Program-made: the position numbers and the translations under genes
Shown here: in pieces, positions 26,701 through 40,313 of the stretch
Position numbering within the stretch: the first letter of the stretch is position 1
Layout of the letters: each line of letters starts with the position of its first letter
Origin: Eledone cirrhosa
Taxonomy: Eukaryota
Direction: 5' to 3'
Assembly: GCA_964016885.1 (NCBI GenBank)
Contig: OZ024747.1
Coordinates: forward strand, 23,250,001 to 23,314,000
DNA: 64,000 nt
Notes under the pieces: generated by a model
Database searches by the model: none
Told to the model about the DNA's origin: nothing
Seen by the model: the letters and a program-made list of their open reading frames with translations, nothing else

Positions 26701-29700
26701 TTAAATGAATGTTGAGGATCTCAAAAGAGAGTTGCTCAAACTTTGTGAATGTTTTTTAGAAGCTCTCTTTAGTTTGCAATTATTCATCCCTTGTTTCCAC
26801 CCTGGAATATAGCTGTTTTTTAAATTCTGCTGAATGAATCTTTGCTCTTGAAAAATGTTCCGTCCATTGGCCAACCAGAAATTACCTAATTGTGGATGCA
26901 AGTAACCTTTCCCTTCTCCATTTGGTTTCACATCATTTTCTGAATCAGAAGGGATCTCATCTAGAAAAAAATAATTTAAGAAATTATTATTATAAGTCTT
27001 ATTTTCATTGTGTTGTCATTACATTACCAAACATAGTTCTGTGCACCTTGTGTATGTACAGTGTTGTTTCTATTTTATTGAGAATACTTTTCACTGTGTG
27101 GTATAGTGTTTAATATGTTATTAAGTCCTGGGGTTTTCGTTATGTTTTATTTCCAGAGCACCTGACATTATAAGGATTGTTTCTGTTTTCATCATCTACC
27201 TTCAGGTTATTTCTACCTTCAGGTCTTTATATTTGGATAATTTCTCCAGTTCATTGACATATATTGTCATTTGTTGGGACTTGATTCATCAATTAGAAGA
27301 CATTTTTCCTTATGGATTTACTCTCAGTAATAATAATGTTTGAAATAAATAGACTTCAGGTTTATCTCTGATATTGGGATAGATGTTCTAATGTTATTAA
27401 GTCCACTGTTTGCAAAACAATCCCAAAGGAAAACATTTTTCATACAGTAAAACATAATAAAAACCCAATCTCATCAGGGCTATCTTAAGTAGCACATGTA
27501 CATGTCAATAACTAATATATATATATTAGTTATTGATGGGGATGATGATGATGTACATGTCAATAGCTAATATATATATATATATTAGTTGATGATGATA
27601 ATTGTTTTTACTTTTAACACAAGGACAGTGTTACTGGCGCTTTATTTTATCGACCCCGTAAGGATGAAAGGCAAAGTTAACCTCGGTGGGATTTGAACTC
27701 AGTTCGTAAAGGGCCGTAACACTATGCTGCAAAGCATGGCGTCCAAACCCTCTACCAATACTGCCAATCCACCACCAGTTATTGATGATAGTAATAATAA
27801 TTGTTACTACTTTAGGCACAAGGCCAGCAATTTGAAGGGGAGGGGCAAGTCAATTAGATCGACCCCCCCCCCCCCCCCCATGTGTTACTAGTGCTTTATT
27901 TTATTGATCCCATAAGGATGAAAGGCAAAGCTAACCTTGACGGGATTTGAACTCTGATAATAATAATATACAGAAACCAGACAGATTCATATCAAAAGCC
28001 CTAGGATTTGTAAATATATACAACGTACAGACTATAGTACTACTAGGCACTGCGCACATTATGAACAGCAACACTGCACATACTAAAATGTTACAAGTTA
28101 TATGTTAAGTAATTTTGGGAGTGTACCTTTGTCACTGTAACATGATGGTGTCACTACAACTCCATTAGTACAAATATAGAACCTTTCAGTGGAAGAAATC
28201 ATCATTGAGGGCAATATAAATATTTAATTCCCGAGACGTTCTTAAAAGCCAGTACTTAGCTATGTGTTTATAACAGTAATGCTGCATAGGATATTTATTG
28301 GTCTATTGAAGATAAGTTGTTCTTATATACTCCTTTTATCAGATCACAAAAATGTTAAGTATTTTACTCCAGTTTAGACACTCAATAGGAAATAGTAGTA
28401 AAGCTATTAACATTGTGGCAATTTTATTTTTTCTATTTTTCATATTTGTCTATGCAGTTAAAATTGATTTATTATTGGAATGCTACACATTTTGAAAATA
28501 TACAACAGCTTGCATATGTAGTAAGTAGATTGAGAAATGAATTTCCTCAGGATAGGATTCTGAGTTGATTTGATATCTAGGTACCAAATTTTGATAAGGA
28601 AGTATCAATCATTTGATCCAGTTTTGAAAAGCAATAATTATGAGTGAAAAAAGGGGCACTACCATGTGTATCCCAGTTTTTAGAATAGGTACACCATATC
28701 CTTGTGTGCTTTTAAGGTGAATAAAAGGGTTGGCATCAAGAAGGGCATCTGGCTATAAAACATTGTCTCAAAACATCCCCTCCAACCCATGCCAGCAGGG
28801 AAATGTGGATGTAAAAACGATGATGATGATGAAAATTGGAAAAGAAGAAGAAAGGAAAAAAATTTATAGAATTCTGATGAACTTGAATTTATTACTTTTA
28901 ATGTTTGACTTCGTCTATTGTCAAACAAAGTTGATTTAATACAGAGAAGCAACACATACTGAAAAAATATAACAGCTGGTATATATTACTCAAGTTATTA
29001 ATTTAGAAAACCACATTTAACCCTTTAGCATTTAAACCAGCTGTATCCAGTCAGAATTCTCTCACCTCTTTCTGTTCAAACAAGCTGTAACCAGCCACTC
29101 ATACCGACGTTAGGGTATTGTTCTCAAAATAAATAATATCAAAATCTCATAGATTCGATATTATGTGAGGTGAAGCCTTTACTGCAAAAATACAATAGTA
29201 AAAATAGAGTAATGCAAATGCTAAAGGGTTAAATCAACCTTTTATTACCATATATTGAATGAAAGGCACTACCTATAATTTTCAAATTGTTTTGAAAATA
29301 AAAAAAGCTAAAGGGATTTAATAATATAATTAATTTTGTCATTATTAAGCTGGTGTTTGGAACATAAAATTATGAAAGAAGGTCTTTAGATGAATACAAA
29401 CACTTTAAAATAATTGTTTCTACTTTAGACACAAGGCCAGCAGTTACCAGTGCATTACTGGTACTTTATTTTATCGACCCCGTAAGGATGAAAGGCAAAG
29501 TCAACCTCGGCGGGATTTGAACTCAGATCAAACACTTTAAAATAATGAGGGGCAGTTCTATGTGGTTTGGTATCAAAAGGGTTAAAATACCATTGGGACT
29601 AAATAATAATAATAATAATATAATAATGAAAATATTGTGTACAGTGCTCAGGTGCACTACAACTCATCAAAAGTGTATGCATAGTACATAGGGTAATGTA

Positions 29701-32700
29701 CAAACGTCAGGAAAATGAAAAGTGCATGAGTCATGATATACACTTGTGTGCATGTGTATGGAAGGGGGAAATCAGGTGTAGTTTTGGCGAATTTCGGGAA
29801 GCATGAAGGTTTTAAAGGATGCAGTGTCGCGACAGCTAACAACTGAGCAGGCAGTTTGTTCCATGCTTCAGCAACTCTAAGCGTGAAAAAATGTTTCCGA
29901 AAGTCATGGGAGCTGTGCTGTTTTCTGACTTTGTAGGCATGTCCACGTGTGTTAGACACATGGAGATCAAAAAGGAAAGACATATTGAATTATGTAGTTT
30001 GTGATATACAAAAGGACAAGATGATTAGTTGGAATATTTGTGTTTAAGGGTTTCTATGGGAAAAAGAAGCTGTACTTGTCACCTTTGCAGGCCCTCTAAG
30101 ATTATTGAGATTAGGGCACTTAATATTCCTCTTGAACAGATGCAAGAAAAAACAAAGGTAAGGATAGAATTCTAGCAAGGAAGGATTGGGCGAAGTTAGT
30201 CGTCTTGAGAGACATGGACATGACATAAGGGATAACACAAAGAGAGATGAATTAGTTGGGTTCCTGAGTGGAGGTGGCACAAGAATGGTATACTTTTTAA
30301 GTGCTTAGAGCTTCAAAAGATATCAGAGGACCAGACTAAATGTATTATATTTCCAAGTTCTAATCCTGTCAAGATACAACTTTCCATTTACAGTACCAGT
30401 ATGATACTGAAGTCAATTCTATTGAGTAATATCTCCTCCCCTAAGAGTATGAGCTTTATAACTAAAACTATGTACCAGTGCTATACTTGAGTCAATTCTA
30501 TTGACTCATATCCCCTACATAAAAATATTGGCATTAACCCTTTAGAATTTACATTACTATATATGTACTATTATATTTTCATGGTAAAGGCTTTACCTCA
30601 CATAATATCGAATCTATGAGATTTTGATACTATTTATTTTGAGAACAATACCTTAACATCAGTATGAGCAGCCGGTTTGAACTGAAAGAGGTGAGAGAAT
30701 TCTGGCCGGATATGGCTGGTTTAAAGCTAAAGGGTTAAACTTAAAAAGTGAAGCCATTGCATACTTACACTCACACACCTTCGATGAAGAGACTTTCTGC
30801 TGTTGACGTTGTTTTAGAGTACCATTATTATTCTTTACTCCATTTGCTATCATTAATAGATACTGATGAAGAATCATCTTTTCAGAATTCCCATCAGGAA
30901 CATTCAGTTCTGAAAGTTTTCTAGAAAATATAGTTTGTTTAATAAACAATATTCTAATACATTAAACTAATGAGGGATTCTCTGTATGGACATTTAATCT
31001 GATAGTGAAATCACCCTCACATCTTGAATAAAGAGGGATACATTAGATAATGTAGTTCCCGATATACAAAAGAGGATAGTCAGTCACACCAGGAAGATGT
31101 TTGGTCATATACACACACCAATTATTTAATTCAGTGAGAATATTTCTGGTGTTCCATGTGAGATGGATAAACAGATTACATACTCTAAATTATATTAATA
31201 GATATGTATATTTAATATTATTACCATCACCAGCGGTGGATTGGCAGTATCGCTAGAGCGATAGAGTTATGACCCTTTACGTCGAGGTTAACTTTGCCTT
31301 TTATCCTTACGAGGTCGATAAAATAAAGTACCAGTAATGTACTGAGGTAATTGCTAGCCTTGTGCCAAAAGTAGAAATAATTATTACCATCAGCTTTATA
31401 GTAAAAGCTGTTTCTCCGAATTGAGAGATCACAGCTCCGATACTATGGACATGTGGTTAAGGTGTTTGGCTAACGATCGTAAGGTCATGAGTTCAATCCT
31501 GGACCAGGTAGTGTATTGTGTCCTTGAGCAAGACACTATATTTTAACGTTGCCCCACTCAGCTGGTGAAAATGCATTATACCTGTAATTGAAAGAGCCAA
31601 CTTTGTCACGCGGGATCTCGCTGAGAACTACGTTAACGATGCGCGTGTTTGTGGAAAGCTCAGCAACATACACATTAATTTCACGAGCCGGCAGTTCCGA
31701 TGATGCAACCAACTGGAGCCCTCGTCAACAATAATATATAGATATACTGATTTCTCACTTAGGGACATGGCTAGCAATTTTGGGTGAAGAAGTGCCAAGA
31801 AATCCCAATGGATGGAAGACCACGAAAAACATGGACGGAGGTGGTGAGAGCTGATCTCAGATCGCTGATGCTCACCGAGGGGATGACGGGGGACCCTGAC
31901 AAATGGAGAGATACTGTGCTGAAGAGTACCCGTCCCACCCTTGCAAACAGGGAAAAGCGGACGTAAAATGATGATGATCATGATGTGAAAGTCGATTAAA
32001 TTGACCCCAGTATTTGACTGGTACTTTATTTTGTTGATCCCAGAAGGATGAAAGGCAGAGTTGAGCGACTGTAGGATTTGAACTCAATCATTTTACGTCC
32101 GCTTTTCCCTGCTTGCAAGGGTGGGACGGGTCCTATTCAGCACAACATCTCTCCATTCGTCACGGTCTTTTGTCATCGCCTCCGTGAGCTTCAGCGATCT
32201 GAGGTCAGCTCTCATCACCACCGCCCATGTTTTACGTGGTCTTCCTCTACTACAGTTTTCCTTCAACTGGGATTTCTTGGCACTTCTTTACGCAGCTGTC
32301 ATCATCCATGCGCATCACATGTCCATACCAACGCAGTCTTCTCTCCCGCACACTACAGCTTATCCCTATTATATAATACTAACCTAAAACTTGCTGAAGT
32401 TGCAGGTCTCTGATTAATCATTTTCCTTTGGTCAGTCTTTTGATCAGCAACTAAGTTTTTCATGACTTTCTTAGGTTTGCAGACACACTGCCCGCCTTGA
32501 AGAGGAAATAAATTCTTTGATTGCTCAACATTTAGAATCAATAATTCTTCTTTACAATTCAAATCTGTAGAATTGTATTTCAAGTTGTTGCAAGATACCT
32601 GTTTTACACGTCCGCTATTTCGTGTGTATTTACTGAAACAGAGAGGAGAATTAAACGGGAATAAAAAAAAGAATACGAGGGGAAAAAATTATTACCACAT

Positions 32701-33840
32701 TTCTAACCATAAATATGTAACGATCTTATACAGATAACAAAGTGTCATATGATATCAAACTGCCTGAAACGACCCCGGTTCTAAGAGAGAAACTGTTTAT
32801 ATTCATCTAAAAACACTCCATCGTATTTTTATGTAAGAAACTTTTAAGCTATGTTCCAAACAGCAGATTATTTTCAAATTTAATTGAAACATATTAGACA
32901 GTGTTTTTCATAAAAACAAAAGCTAACGAAGGGTACGCTCACTCTGATCGATCGACAAGATCCCAGACCTCGTTCGCTTGCCGAGTGCGGTGGACCTCGT
33001 CAAATCGGATACTACCTACCGGTCGCAACTCTTGGCAGAAGGAGCAACGTGAAATAAAATGTCTTGCTCAATGACACAACGCATCACTCTGTTCGAGAAT
33101 TGAACTTGCGACCTCACGATTGCGAATCTATCTCTCTAACCATAAGCCAAACGCCTTCAAATGAAAGGTTAAATTCACCTTATAATATTTTTTCAACACA
33201 CTATATTTTAGTAATCAACATAAGCTACTCTAAATGGTGGATTTTAGTAAATATCAAATGAATCTTCTCATAATTCTGACTTAGAGATTTAATGAAATGA
33301 ATAACTGCAATTAGCTAATTACCTGCCAACATTTACAAATATTTTAATTTTGGTTTCTTGCGTATCATCCGAATTCAGCTTTCCATTACTGGAAATTGAG
33401 GATACGATTCCCTGCAGAGAATAATTATTGTCAAGAATGTGAAAAACGAGAAGGAAAAGATAGTTAACATAGAACAAAATTCAGATAAGGAAATTTTAGA
33501 TCTTAATTTGTAACATCAAAGAAAGTAATAAAATAGTTCAGAAAAAAAAAAGAAAAGAAAAAGTGTCGAAAAACATCCCAAATGAAAGAGTAACGGTAAA
33601 TAAACGTGTGTAAATTCTGGTGGTGATGTTGTCGGTAGTGGATCTTTGCGCATCCATGTACTTGCGCAGCGAATCTGACTTGGAGGAGATGTATTTGTTC
33701 TTCAATATATGCTTCTACAAAGCAATAGACGCAGACTTCTTACTCTCGAAAAGTAAGAGCCCTTTGTGACAATACACACTCAATGAAATAATAATCAATT
33801 AATAAAATGCAAGTAAATCTAATCCACATGCTACCTCCAT
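26701..33840 (-). CDS. Uncharacterised multi-exon protein-coding gene (segment B)
   Basis: GT-AG exons on -: 33411-33323 (GIVSSISSNGKLNSDDTQETKIKIFVNVG), 32598-32384 (VSCNNLKYNSTD...RPATSASF), 30920-30769/30779 (KLSELNVPDGNSEKMILHQY...), terminal 26960-26701 (EIPSDSENDVKPNGEGKGYLHPQLGNFW...STFI*); AATAAA on - near 26552. The 33323 to 32598 join needs a small exon near 33179-33200 or an alternative donor. Weaker upstream exons 33840-33835 (ATG GAG) and 33714-33595, and small exons near 28.1-28.96 kb. No family recognised. Confidence 0.6.
27060..27440 (-). mobile_element. R4/Dong-like non-LTR retrotransposon remnant (restriction-like endonuclease region)
   Basis: Degenerate translation CLLIDE..P.....ELEKLSKYKDLKVEIT...KTETILIMSGALE; matching C-terminal piece NVQTIVLLGTAHIM at about 28020-28065 (+). 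Confidence 0.6.
29605..29985 (-). mobile_element. 3' fragment of CR1/L2-like LINE
   Basis: NTRGHAYKV...RKHFFTLRVAEAWNKLP; (TTA)n tail at about 29605-29627. Confidence 0.8.
30534..30737 (+). mobile_element. piggyBac-type MITE (about 200 bp, representative copy)
   Basis: TTAA TSD and CCCTTTAG...CTAAAGGG TIRs. Other copies at about 2720-3102, 3148-3570, 4030-4244, 4865-5051, 29017-29232(-), 39808-40038, 40531-40759, 59609-59831(-), 62162-62830. Confidence 0.85.
31765..32355. mobile_element. Two RTE 3' fragments in opposite orientation around a SINE piece
   Basis: 31784-31980 (+) and 32087-32355 (-) match the 3' end of the 9185-11910 element (GRPRKTWTEVV; GGGAAAAGCGGACGTAAAATGATGAT). Confidence 0.8.
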
Positions 33841-35274
33841 AAATGAAACTTATGGGTCAGTCTGACTCGTGGTCTCGACTGTCAGAATGGAGAAGACATT
33901 GCCCCGGAGGATGGTGAAGGAGACACACTGAAACAGTCACTCCACCTTACAATGCTCGCACATGATGGTAACCAACTCCGCGCCGATAGCAGTGACTTGG
34001 TATTTAGGTTTTCGGAAATATTCTTATTTCTATCCACAAAGAAAAGTACACCTTTATGATCAATGTGATAAAAGACAGTTAATGCGGATATTGCTTGTTC
34101 GTTTATGTTTGAAATTAAAATCTTTCTCAGATCGATTTTATTTTTTATCCTTCAGGATTGATAGAATAAATTCCGGTTACTGTTGTGTCCATATACGATT
34201 GGGTCGATGTTCCCTTCTTTCATCCCTTTGTGGTTCGAATTACCAGTCAGTTGCCGGAGTCGATACACTTGACTATATAGCCCCAACAAAATATATAAAC
34301 CTTGAGCCAATAAGTGAATTAATTCTGAACCAATGTAGTATGAAAAAAACCGCGTGGACATGATTCGCCGTCACAAAAACATGTAACGAATATAGTCTTT
34401 TGATACGACATCACGTTCAATAATTATTTTGAGACATATTTACTACCGCTCAGAAAACTACCCTGTCCACCGAACCCAGACAAATGTTAATTAAACACGG
34501 AGCTTAGATAAAGCTAAAAATAGTAGAAACAATGAATATGGTTTAGAATCAAAGGAAACGAAAAACAACAATTACCACACTATTGATAGAAAACAAGCAA
34601 AAAAGACATTGAGAAACGCCAGAAAGAATTCCGCACAAACAATTATAACGGTTTAACTTTTTCGAACTTTGGATATGAGAGTAGACATCAATATTTCTGG
34701 GTAGAACATATATACACACACAAATGTATTTTTTAGATTGCTCATTTACATAAAGAATTGATTAAGAATTATATTTAAGAATTAAGCAACAAATCGAAGA
34801 GGGCATCGAGTAAAATTGTTTTTATATTTAAACTATTCTGCTCCAGCAAACAGTATGGCATCAGACCCCTATTAATCTGTTGTCCCAATATTTAATGTTA
34901 GACTGTAAAAGGCGGCGGATTAAAAAAAAATAGTTGAGCGTCGCATAAAATCTAATTGCGGTGTTTGTTCTAACTCGTTACATTGGGAGTTCAAATCCCG
35001 CCAAAGTCAACGAAGCCTTTCATCCTTCCGAGGTCGATAAAATAAAGTACCAGTCAAGTACTGGGTAGGTTTGATCAACTTAGTCCCTCTCGCCAAATTT
35101 GCTAGCCTTGTACCTAGACTGTAAAACTAACTAAAGATTCATTTATTTTATTGGAAGGACTTTTCATGCAGAAATGGTTTATAATAAAATCTTTGATATT
35201 TTCATTTAAAACACTTTCAATGTGGGAAATTTAGCTTCGTATCCAGCAACAAAACGAACCAGTCAATGAAAGGT

Positions 35275-35372
35275 TGTGACACCCCGCCTCCCTCTTCTAC
35301 TCTGCCCCTCCGGTGTGCAGAACTCCAGGTCTATGCAGCTTCGTGGTCCAAGGAGACAGAATAGAGAAAAGG
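35275..35372 (+). promoter_or_regulatory. Putative promoter/5' region of ankyrin gene
   Basis: GC-box-like CCCCGCCTCCC at about 35282 in a locally GC/CpG-rich patch about 170 bp upstream of the ATG. Confidence 0.3.
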
Positions 35373-35451
35373 TGACGCTTTGGAATACCTATTTCAACTT
35401 GGCAAGTTGTTCCAGCGCTTCAGGTTTTAGGTGGCTGCTCGAAGAAACAGC

Positions 35452-36762
35452 ATGATGCTGAAAAATTTCAAGTCAAGACAAATAGAGTTGGTAGCCACGA
35501 AGCTATCAGATATTATTTGTTATAGCCCAATAACAGAGTTCGATTCTTTTATAAAGACTTTGATTAGTCCGGGAGATGTTTGTGCAACAATAGATGCCAA
35601 TGGAGAAACCCCTTTACACATCAGTATTCAAAGAAACAAAATGGAATGTCTGAAGAAGATGATGGAGTTGGAAATCAACATTAATTCGAGAAATAATAAA
35701 GGTTATACACTGTTACATTACGCACTGCTTTACAGACATATTAACATTGCAAGTCAGTTTATTAAAAGAGGGGCCAAAGTTAATGAAATATGTGTGAAGA
35801 AGACAGGTAAAACATTACTCCATAGAATGATATTAAACAACAAACAGGAATCAGTGCGTTTACTTTTAGAAAATGGAGCTTCTGTTAACCAATGTAATGA
35901 ATCTGGTATGACACCGCTGCATTTGGCAGTGTTCAGTGGCAATAAAGCATCTATAAATCTTTTGTTGGAATTTGGCGCTGATATTAACAAAAAGAACAAC
36001 ATCGGCCAGACTGCTCTTCACATTGCCATCCAGACGCAACAGCCTGAAATGAGTAAAATTCTCATCAATAATGGCGCCGACATTTTGATGAAAGATGAAA
36101 CTGGTAAAACTATGCTTAACACTTGTGTCTATGTCGGTAATGTAGAAACTTGCAAGCAAATATTGAGACAAAATACTCTAAACATCGATACCAAAGAGAA
36201 ACTGTTTGGTCATAGTCCATTACATACAGCCTGTATCACCGACTCTTACCCTATTGCCAAGTTGCTTATCGATTATGGAGCTGACGTCAGACAGTTAACC
36301 TGGAGATGTAGATCCCCAATGCATATTGCTTCGGAAAATCACAGTACAGAAATAGTGAAGCTTTTGAAAACAAAATCTGTATTTCTGGAAGAAACGTCAC
36401 TACATCATATGACACCATTACTGCAGGCTATTGACCAAGGTCACTTTGAGTTAGTTAAGTACATCATTAAATCGAAAAATGACATTAACATCAGTGATAT
36501 GCGTGGTGTCACACCCCTCCATTGTGCTATAAAAAAGGGTTTTCTTCCATTTGTGAAGTTCCTTGTCGAAAACGGAGCCAATATAAACGCCAAAGATTTT
36601 AAGCTGAAAACACCTCTTCACGATGCTTACATCAATCAACATACTGCAATAACGAATTATCTCATAGAAGCAGGTGCTGACCAAACTTGTTTGGATTCCT
36701 CCGAAATGCTACCATCAGATTATCAAAAAGGGCCGTCAGAAATAATCGTGAGTGATATTTAG
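35452..36762 (+). CDS. Intronless ankyrin-repeat protein (11 ANK repeats, about 436 aa from first ATG)
   Basis: Uninterrupted ORF with repeated G-x-T-P/A-L-H ... GA-D/N-I/V-N motifs (GETPLH, GYTLLH, GMTPLH, GQTALH, GHSPLH, GVTPLH, KTPLH); first ATG at 35452; TTTTAG|G at 35430 may be an acceptor for a 5' UTR exon. Confidence 0.93.
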   Translation: MMLKNFKSRQIELVATKLSDIICYSPITEFDSFIKTLISPGDVCATIDANGETPLHISIQRNKMECLKKMMELEININSRNNKGYTLLHYALLYRHINIASQFIKRGAKVNEICVKKTGKTLLHRMILNNKQESVRLLLENGASVNQCNESGMTPLHLAVFSGNKASINLLLEFGADINKKNNIGQTALHIAIQTQQPEMSKILINNGADILMKDETGKTMLNTCVYVGNVETCKQILRQNTLNIDTKEKLFGHSPLHTACITDSYPIAKLLIDYGADVRQLTWRCRSPMHIASENHSTEIVKLLKTKSVFLEETSLHHMTPLLQAIDQGHFELVKYIIKSKNDINISDMRGVTPLHCAIKKGFLPFVKFLVENGANINAKDFKLKTPLHDAYINQHTAITNYLIEAGADQTCLDSSEMLPSDYQKGPSEIIVSDI

Positions 36763-36894
36763 AAAATTTATATTTTTCTTCAAACTATCATTTTGATATT
36801 TATATCGATGTTAGCTATATTGGCTTTATCAACAATAGCAAAAGTAATTTAAGGTGCCGTGCGGGATTTCTAACGCGTGTTGCTAATTAGCATA

Positions 36895-37892
36895 TTGGCA
36901 GTATCGATAGAAGGTCGGACGCCATGCTTTGCAGCATAGAGTTACGCCCCTTTATGGTCTGAGTTCAAATCCGCCGAGGTTCACTTTGCCTTTCATTCTT
37001 ACGGGGTCGATAAAATGAAGTACCAGTAATACACTGGAATAATTGCTGGCCTTGTGCCAAAAGTAGAAACAATTATATTTGACAGTATCGGTATAGGGTC
37101 GGATGCCATGCTTTGCAGCATAGAGTTACGGCCCTTTACGATCTGAGTTCAAATCCCGCCGAGGTTAACTTTGCCTTTCATCCTTACGGGGTCGATAAAA
37201 TAAAGCACCAGTAATGTATTGGGATCGATTTTATCGACTTTCCCCTCCCCACAAAATTGCTGCCCTTGTGCCTATATAAGAAACCATTATATCTGGTAGT
37301 ATCGGCATAGGGTCGGATGTCGTGCTTTGCAGCACAGAGTTACGGCCCTTTACGATCTGAATTAAAATCCCGCCGAGGTTAACTTTGCCTTTCATCCTTA
37401 CGAGGTCGATAAAATGAAGCACCAGTAATTATTTTTTTTTTTTTGTTTCTACGTTAGGCACAATGCCAGCAATTACCCAGTGCATTACTGGTACTTTATT
37501 TTATCGACCCCGTAAGGATGAAAGGCAAAGTCAACCTCGGCGGGATTTGAACTCAGATCGTAAAGGGATGTAACTATGCTGGAAAGCATGGCATCCGACC
37601 CTCTACCGATACTGCCAATCCACCGCCCTAAAGCACCAGTAATGTACTGGGTTAATTGCTGGCCTTGTGCCAAAAGTAGAAGCAATTATATTTCTATACA
37701 TATGTAGTCTCTTCCTCCAGGAAGGAAATTGGCACTTTCTTACAACTTAGGCATAATTTTCACAGATTGGAAATTATATAAATAATTGTTTCTACTTTTG
37801 GCACAAGGCCAGCAATAATCCCAGTACATTACTGGTGCTTTACTTTATCGACCCCGTAAGGATGAAAGGCAAAGTTAACCTCGACGGGATTT
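36895..37892. mobile_element. Cluster of about six SINE copies in mixed orientation 3' of the ankyrin gene
   Basis: + copies from 36895, 37080 and 37294; - copy 37444-37628; + tail 37630-37685; - copy 37785-37892. Confidence 0.85.
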
Positions 37893-38879
37893 TCAAAGAA
37901 ATTGTTATGGCATGCTTTCGAAGAACCTGGGATCGGGAGAAAAATGATTATCTCTCTTAGCGATTTCAGCTTTTAGTTCTTTTTTTATAACTTGTCCAAC
38001 ACATGCGTAAAGTTACAGTAAGAAACAGAGGACAAAATAAGGGACAAAACCACTTCCTTTGTGTATGTCCAAAGGCATAGCGAGCTCATTCTATAGATAT
38101 ATTTCAGAAAACTTAAAAAAGAAAAAAATAATAATTGTTTCTACTTTTGGCACAAGGCCAGCAATTACCCAGTGCATTACTGGTACTTTATTTTATCGAC
38201 CCCGTAAAAATAATAATACATGTCCGAAAGGGGACAAGAATTATTTAACATACCTGAAAATAATGTGTAGTAATAAAAACTATCGTTCGACTTGGCGATT
38301 TTCATACAACAGATTTATACTCAGGATAACTAGTCATTTCATTGGTAACTAACTCCATAACATAAGAGAGCCTTTCTGAAAGGCATGTCTAATTTAAAAA
38401 TTGCTCTGATTTTTTTTAGTAGTGCGGCCTGCTTTATGATGAGCCATATCTATGTGACTGATTGCTCAAAAAAGGTCGTCCATGCCTACTCTTGTGGTCT
38501 CTCTACTAGCTAGAAATAGTTAAATCTCCCTCTAATACTATTGGCGTGAGGAAATGCTTTTGAACAAAGGTCTTCATGATTAGTGTTAACATGGAACTAA
38601 ACAACAATTGTACTAGTAGAATTATGGATTTCTGTCATGACACCAGCATGACCACATTACAGGGTGTCTTCCATCATGAAATGATGAAAGGCAAAATTGA
38701 CCTCGGCAGGATTTGAACTCAGAATGTAAAGACCTATAACTAACCTTACAAGGTTTCATAAATTGTTTTTATTCTGATTCATATTGTTCTCCATTTGAGT
38801 TGAAATTTTACATTTAAAAAATACATTTAATATATTACAAGTAATTAAAAAAGAGAAAGAAAAGGGAAAGTAAGAAAGA

Positions 38880-39195
38880 AAGAAAAAATACAGAAGCAGG
38901 TAGCACATACAAAAAAAAAGGCAGTCGAAAGGGTGGAAAAACGAATCCCCAACCAGAGTAAAAGATAACAATATTGCAAGGAGCACTGGGAAACCTCTCT
39001 AATAATTTTTGAGGCAAACCAGCACGTTTGCAGCATTACCTCAGGTGATGACAAGGCTGATGCGTTGGAACAACCAAATGCCCTCACGAGCATCACCAGT
39101 TACCTCGGTTAGGCGAGTTGCCAGTGAATATAAGAACCTCGCAGTTAGTAGCCCATGTCCCCAGGCTGGAAAATGTAGTGAGCCGACAGATCATG
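38880..39195 (-). mobile_element. CRE-like non-LTR retrotransposon 3' remnant
   Basis: On - reads LATRLTEVTGDAREGIWLFQRISLVIT*GNAANVL, matching the FQRxSxxIQRGNA C-terminal motif of CRE-clade elements; T-rich tail. Confidence 0.55.
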
Positions 39196-40149
39196 GTTGA
39201 AATTTGAATTGGAGAAATTGTGGATTTCTCATGGTAAAAATGCCTTTGATCACACTTTCTCTCAATTAGTTATATTTGTGTTGGCATTGGTATATTTTGA
39301 ACTGGACTGTTTTGAAAAGATTCTGTTTTCGATTGTTAAGTACAGGATACACTGTGTGGTCAATGGTTGCACTTGGTGGTGATTTGCCCCTGTCCCTTTC
39401 TTTTTTTATATTTTTATATCTCTCTTTTATGTGTTTATATTTGTGTTTATCAACGACATTATATTTGTTATGTTCTTCTGAACGAATTGCAAGCGCTTTA
39501 TAATGTTATTTACACATTTGTAATGTTATTTATGTATATATTTAAAACACATTTGTAATGTTATTTATACAACTGTGAGTAAAACCTCCCAATAAAATGA
39601 AAAAAAAATTGTAAAAAATCTATTTATTTAAATAAATTAAATAATAAATATATTTATATATTTACAGAAAAAGAAACAATCAGAAATGGATCGATTTATG
39701 AAGAAATGGCTGAGCAAATCTTTATTCATCAAATGATCATCTGACACTATTTAAGGAAAATCAATTTTCTTCTGGTAAATTTTGAGATTTTCTTTTCACT
39801 GTATGGTTTAACCCTTTAACATTTACATTACTCTATATTTATTATTGTATTTTCACAGCAAAGGCTTTACCTCACATAATTATCTCACATAATATCAAAT
39901 CTATAAGATTTTGATATTATTTATTTTGAGAACAATACCTTTACATAAGTATATGAGCTGCCAGTTACAACTGGTTTAAACTGGAAGAGGTGAGAGAATT
40001 CTGGCTGGATACAACTGGTTTAAATGCTAAAGGTTTAAAAATACAGCATCATCATTACAGGTGCTACAAATGTTGCTATTGTACTCTACACAGGCTTGTT
40101 GATCTAAGATGTACTTTATCAGCCATCATTTTGTGTTATGTTTATAAAG

Positions 40150-40313
40150 TACCGTATTTCCTGGTGCCAAAGAGACTTTGTCCTCGAGGATGCACCCTAA
40201 TTTTGATAACCAAAAATTTGAAAAAAAAAATGATAAACAACCTTCAGTCTCCAGGAGGCATGGTAGATTTTTGAAGACTTATTGTAGCGTCTTCGACACC
40301 GACAAATACGGTA
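40150..40313. mobile_element. Tc1/pogo-type MITE
   Basis: TA-CCGTATTT ... AAATACGG-TA inverted termini with TA TSD. Confidence 0.6.

Noticed and set aside
33962-34363. 133-aa ORF upstream of the ankyrin gene
   Set aside because: No recognisable motif; better explained as promoter/UTR sequence of flanking genes.
39668-39774. Plus-strand exon-like segment (TTTACAG ... G|GTAAAT)
   Set aside because: Stops in all three frames and no partner exons found; could be non-coding but unsupported.
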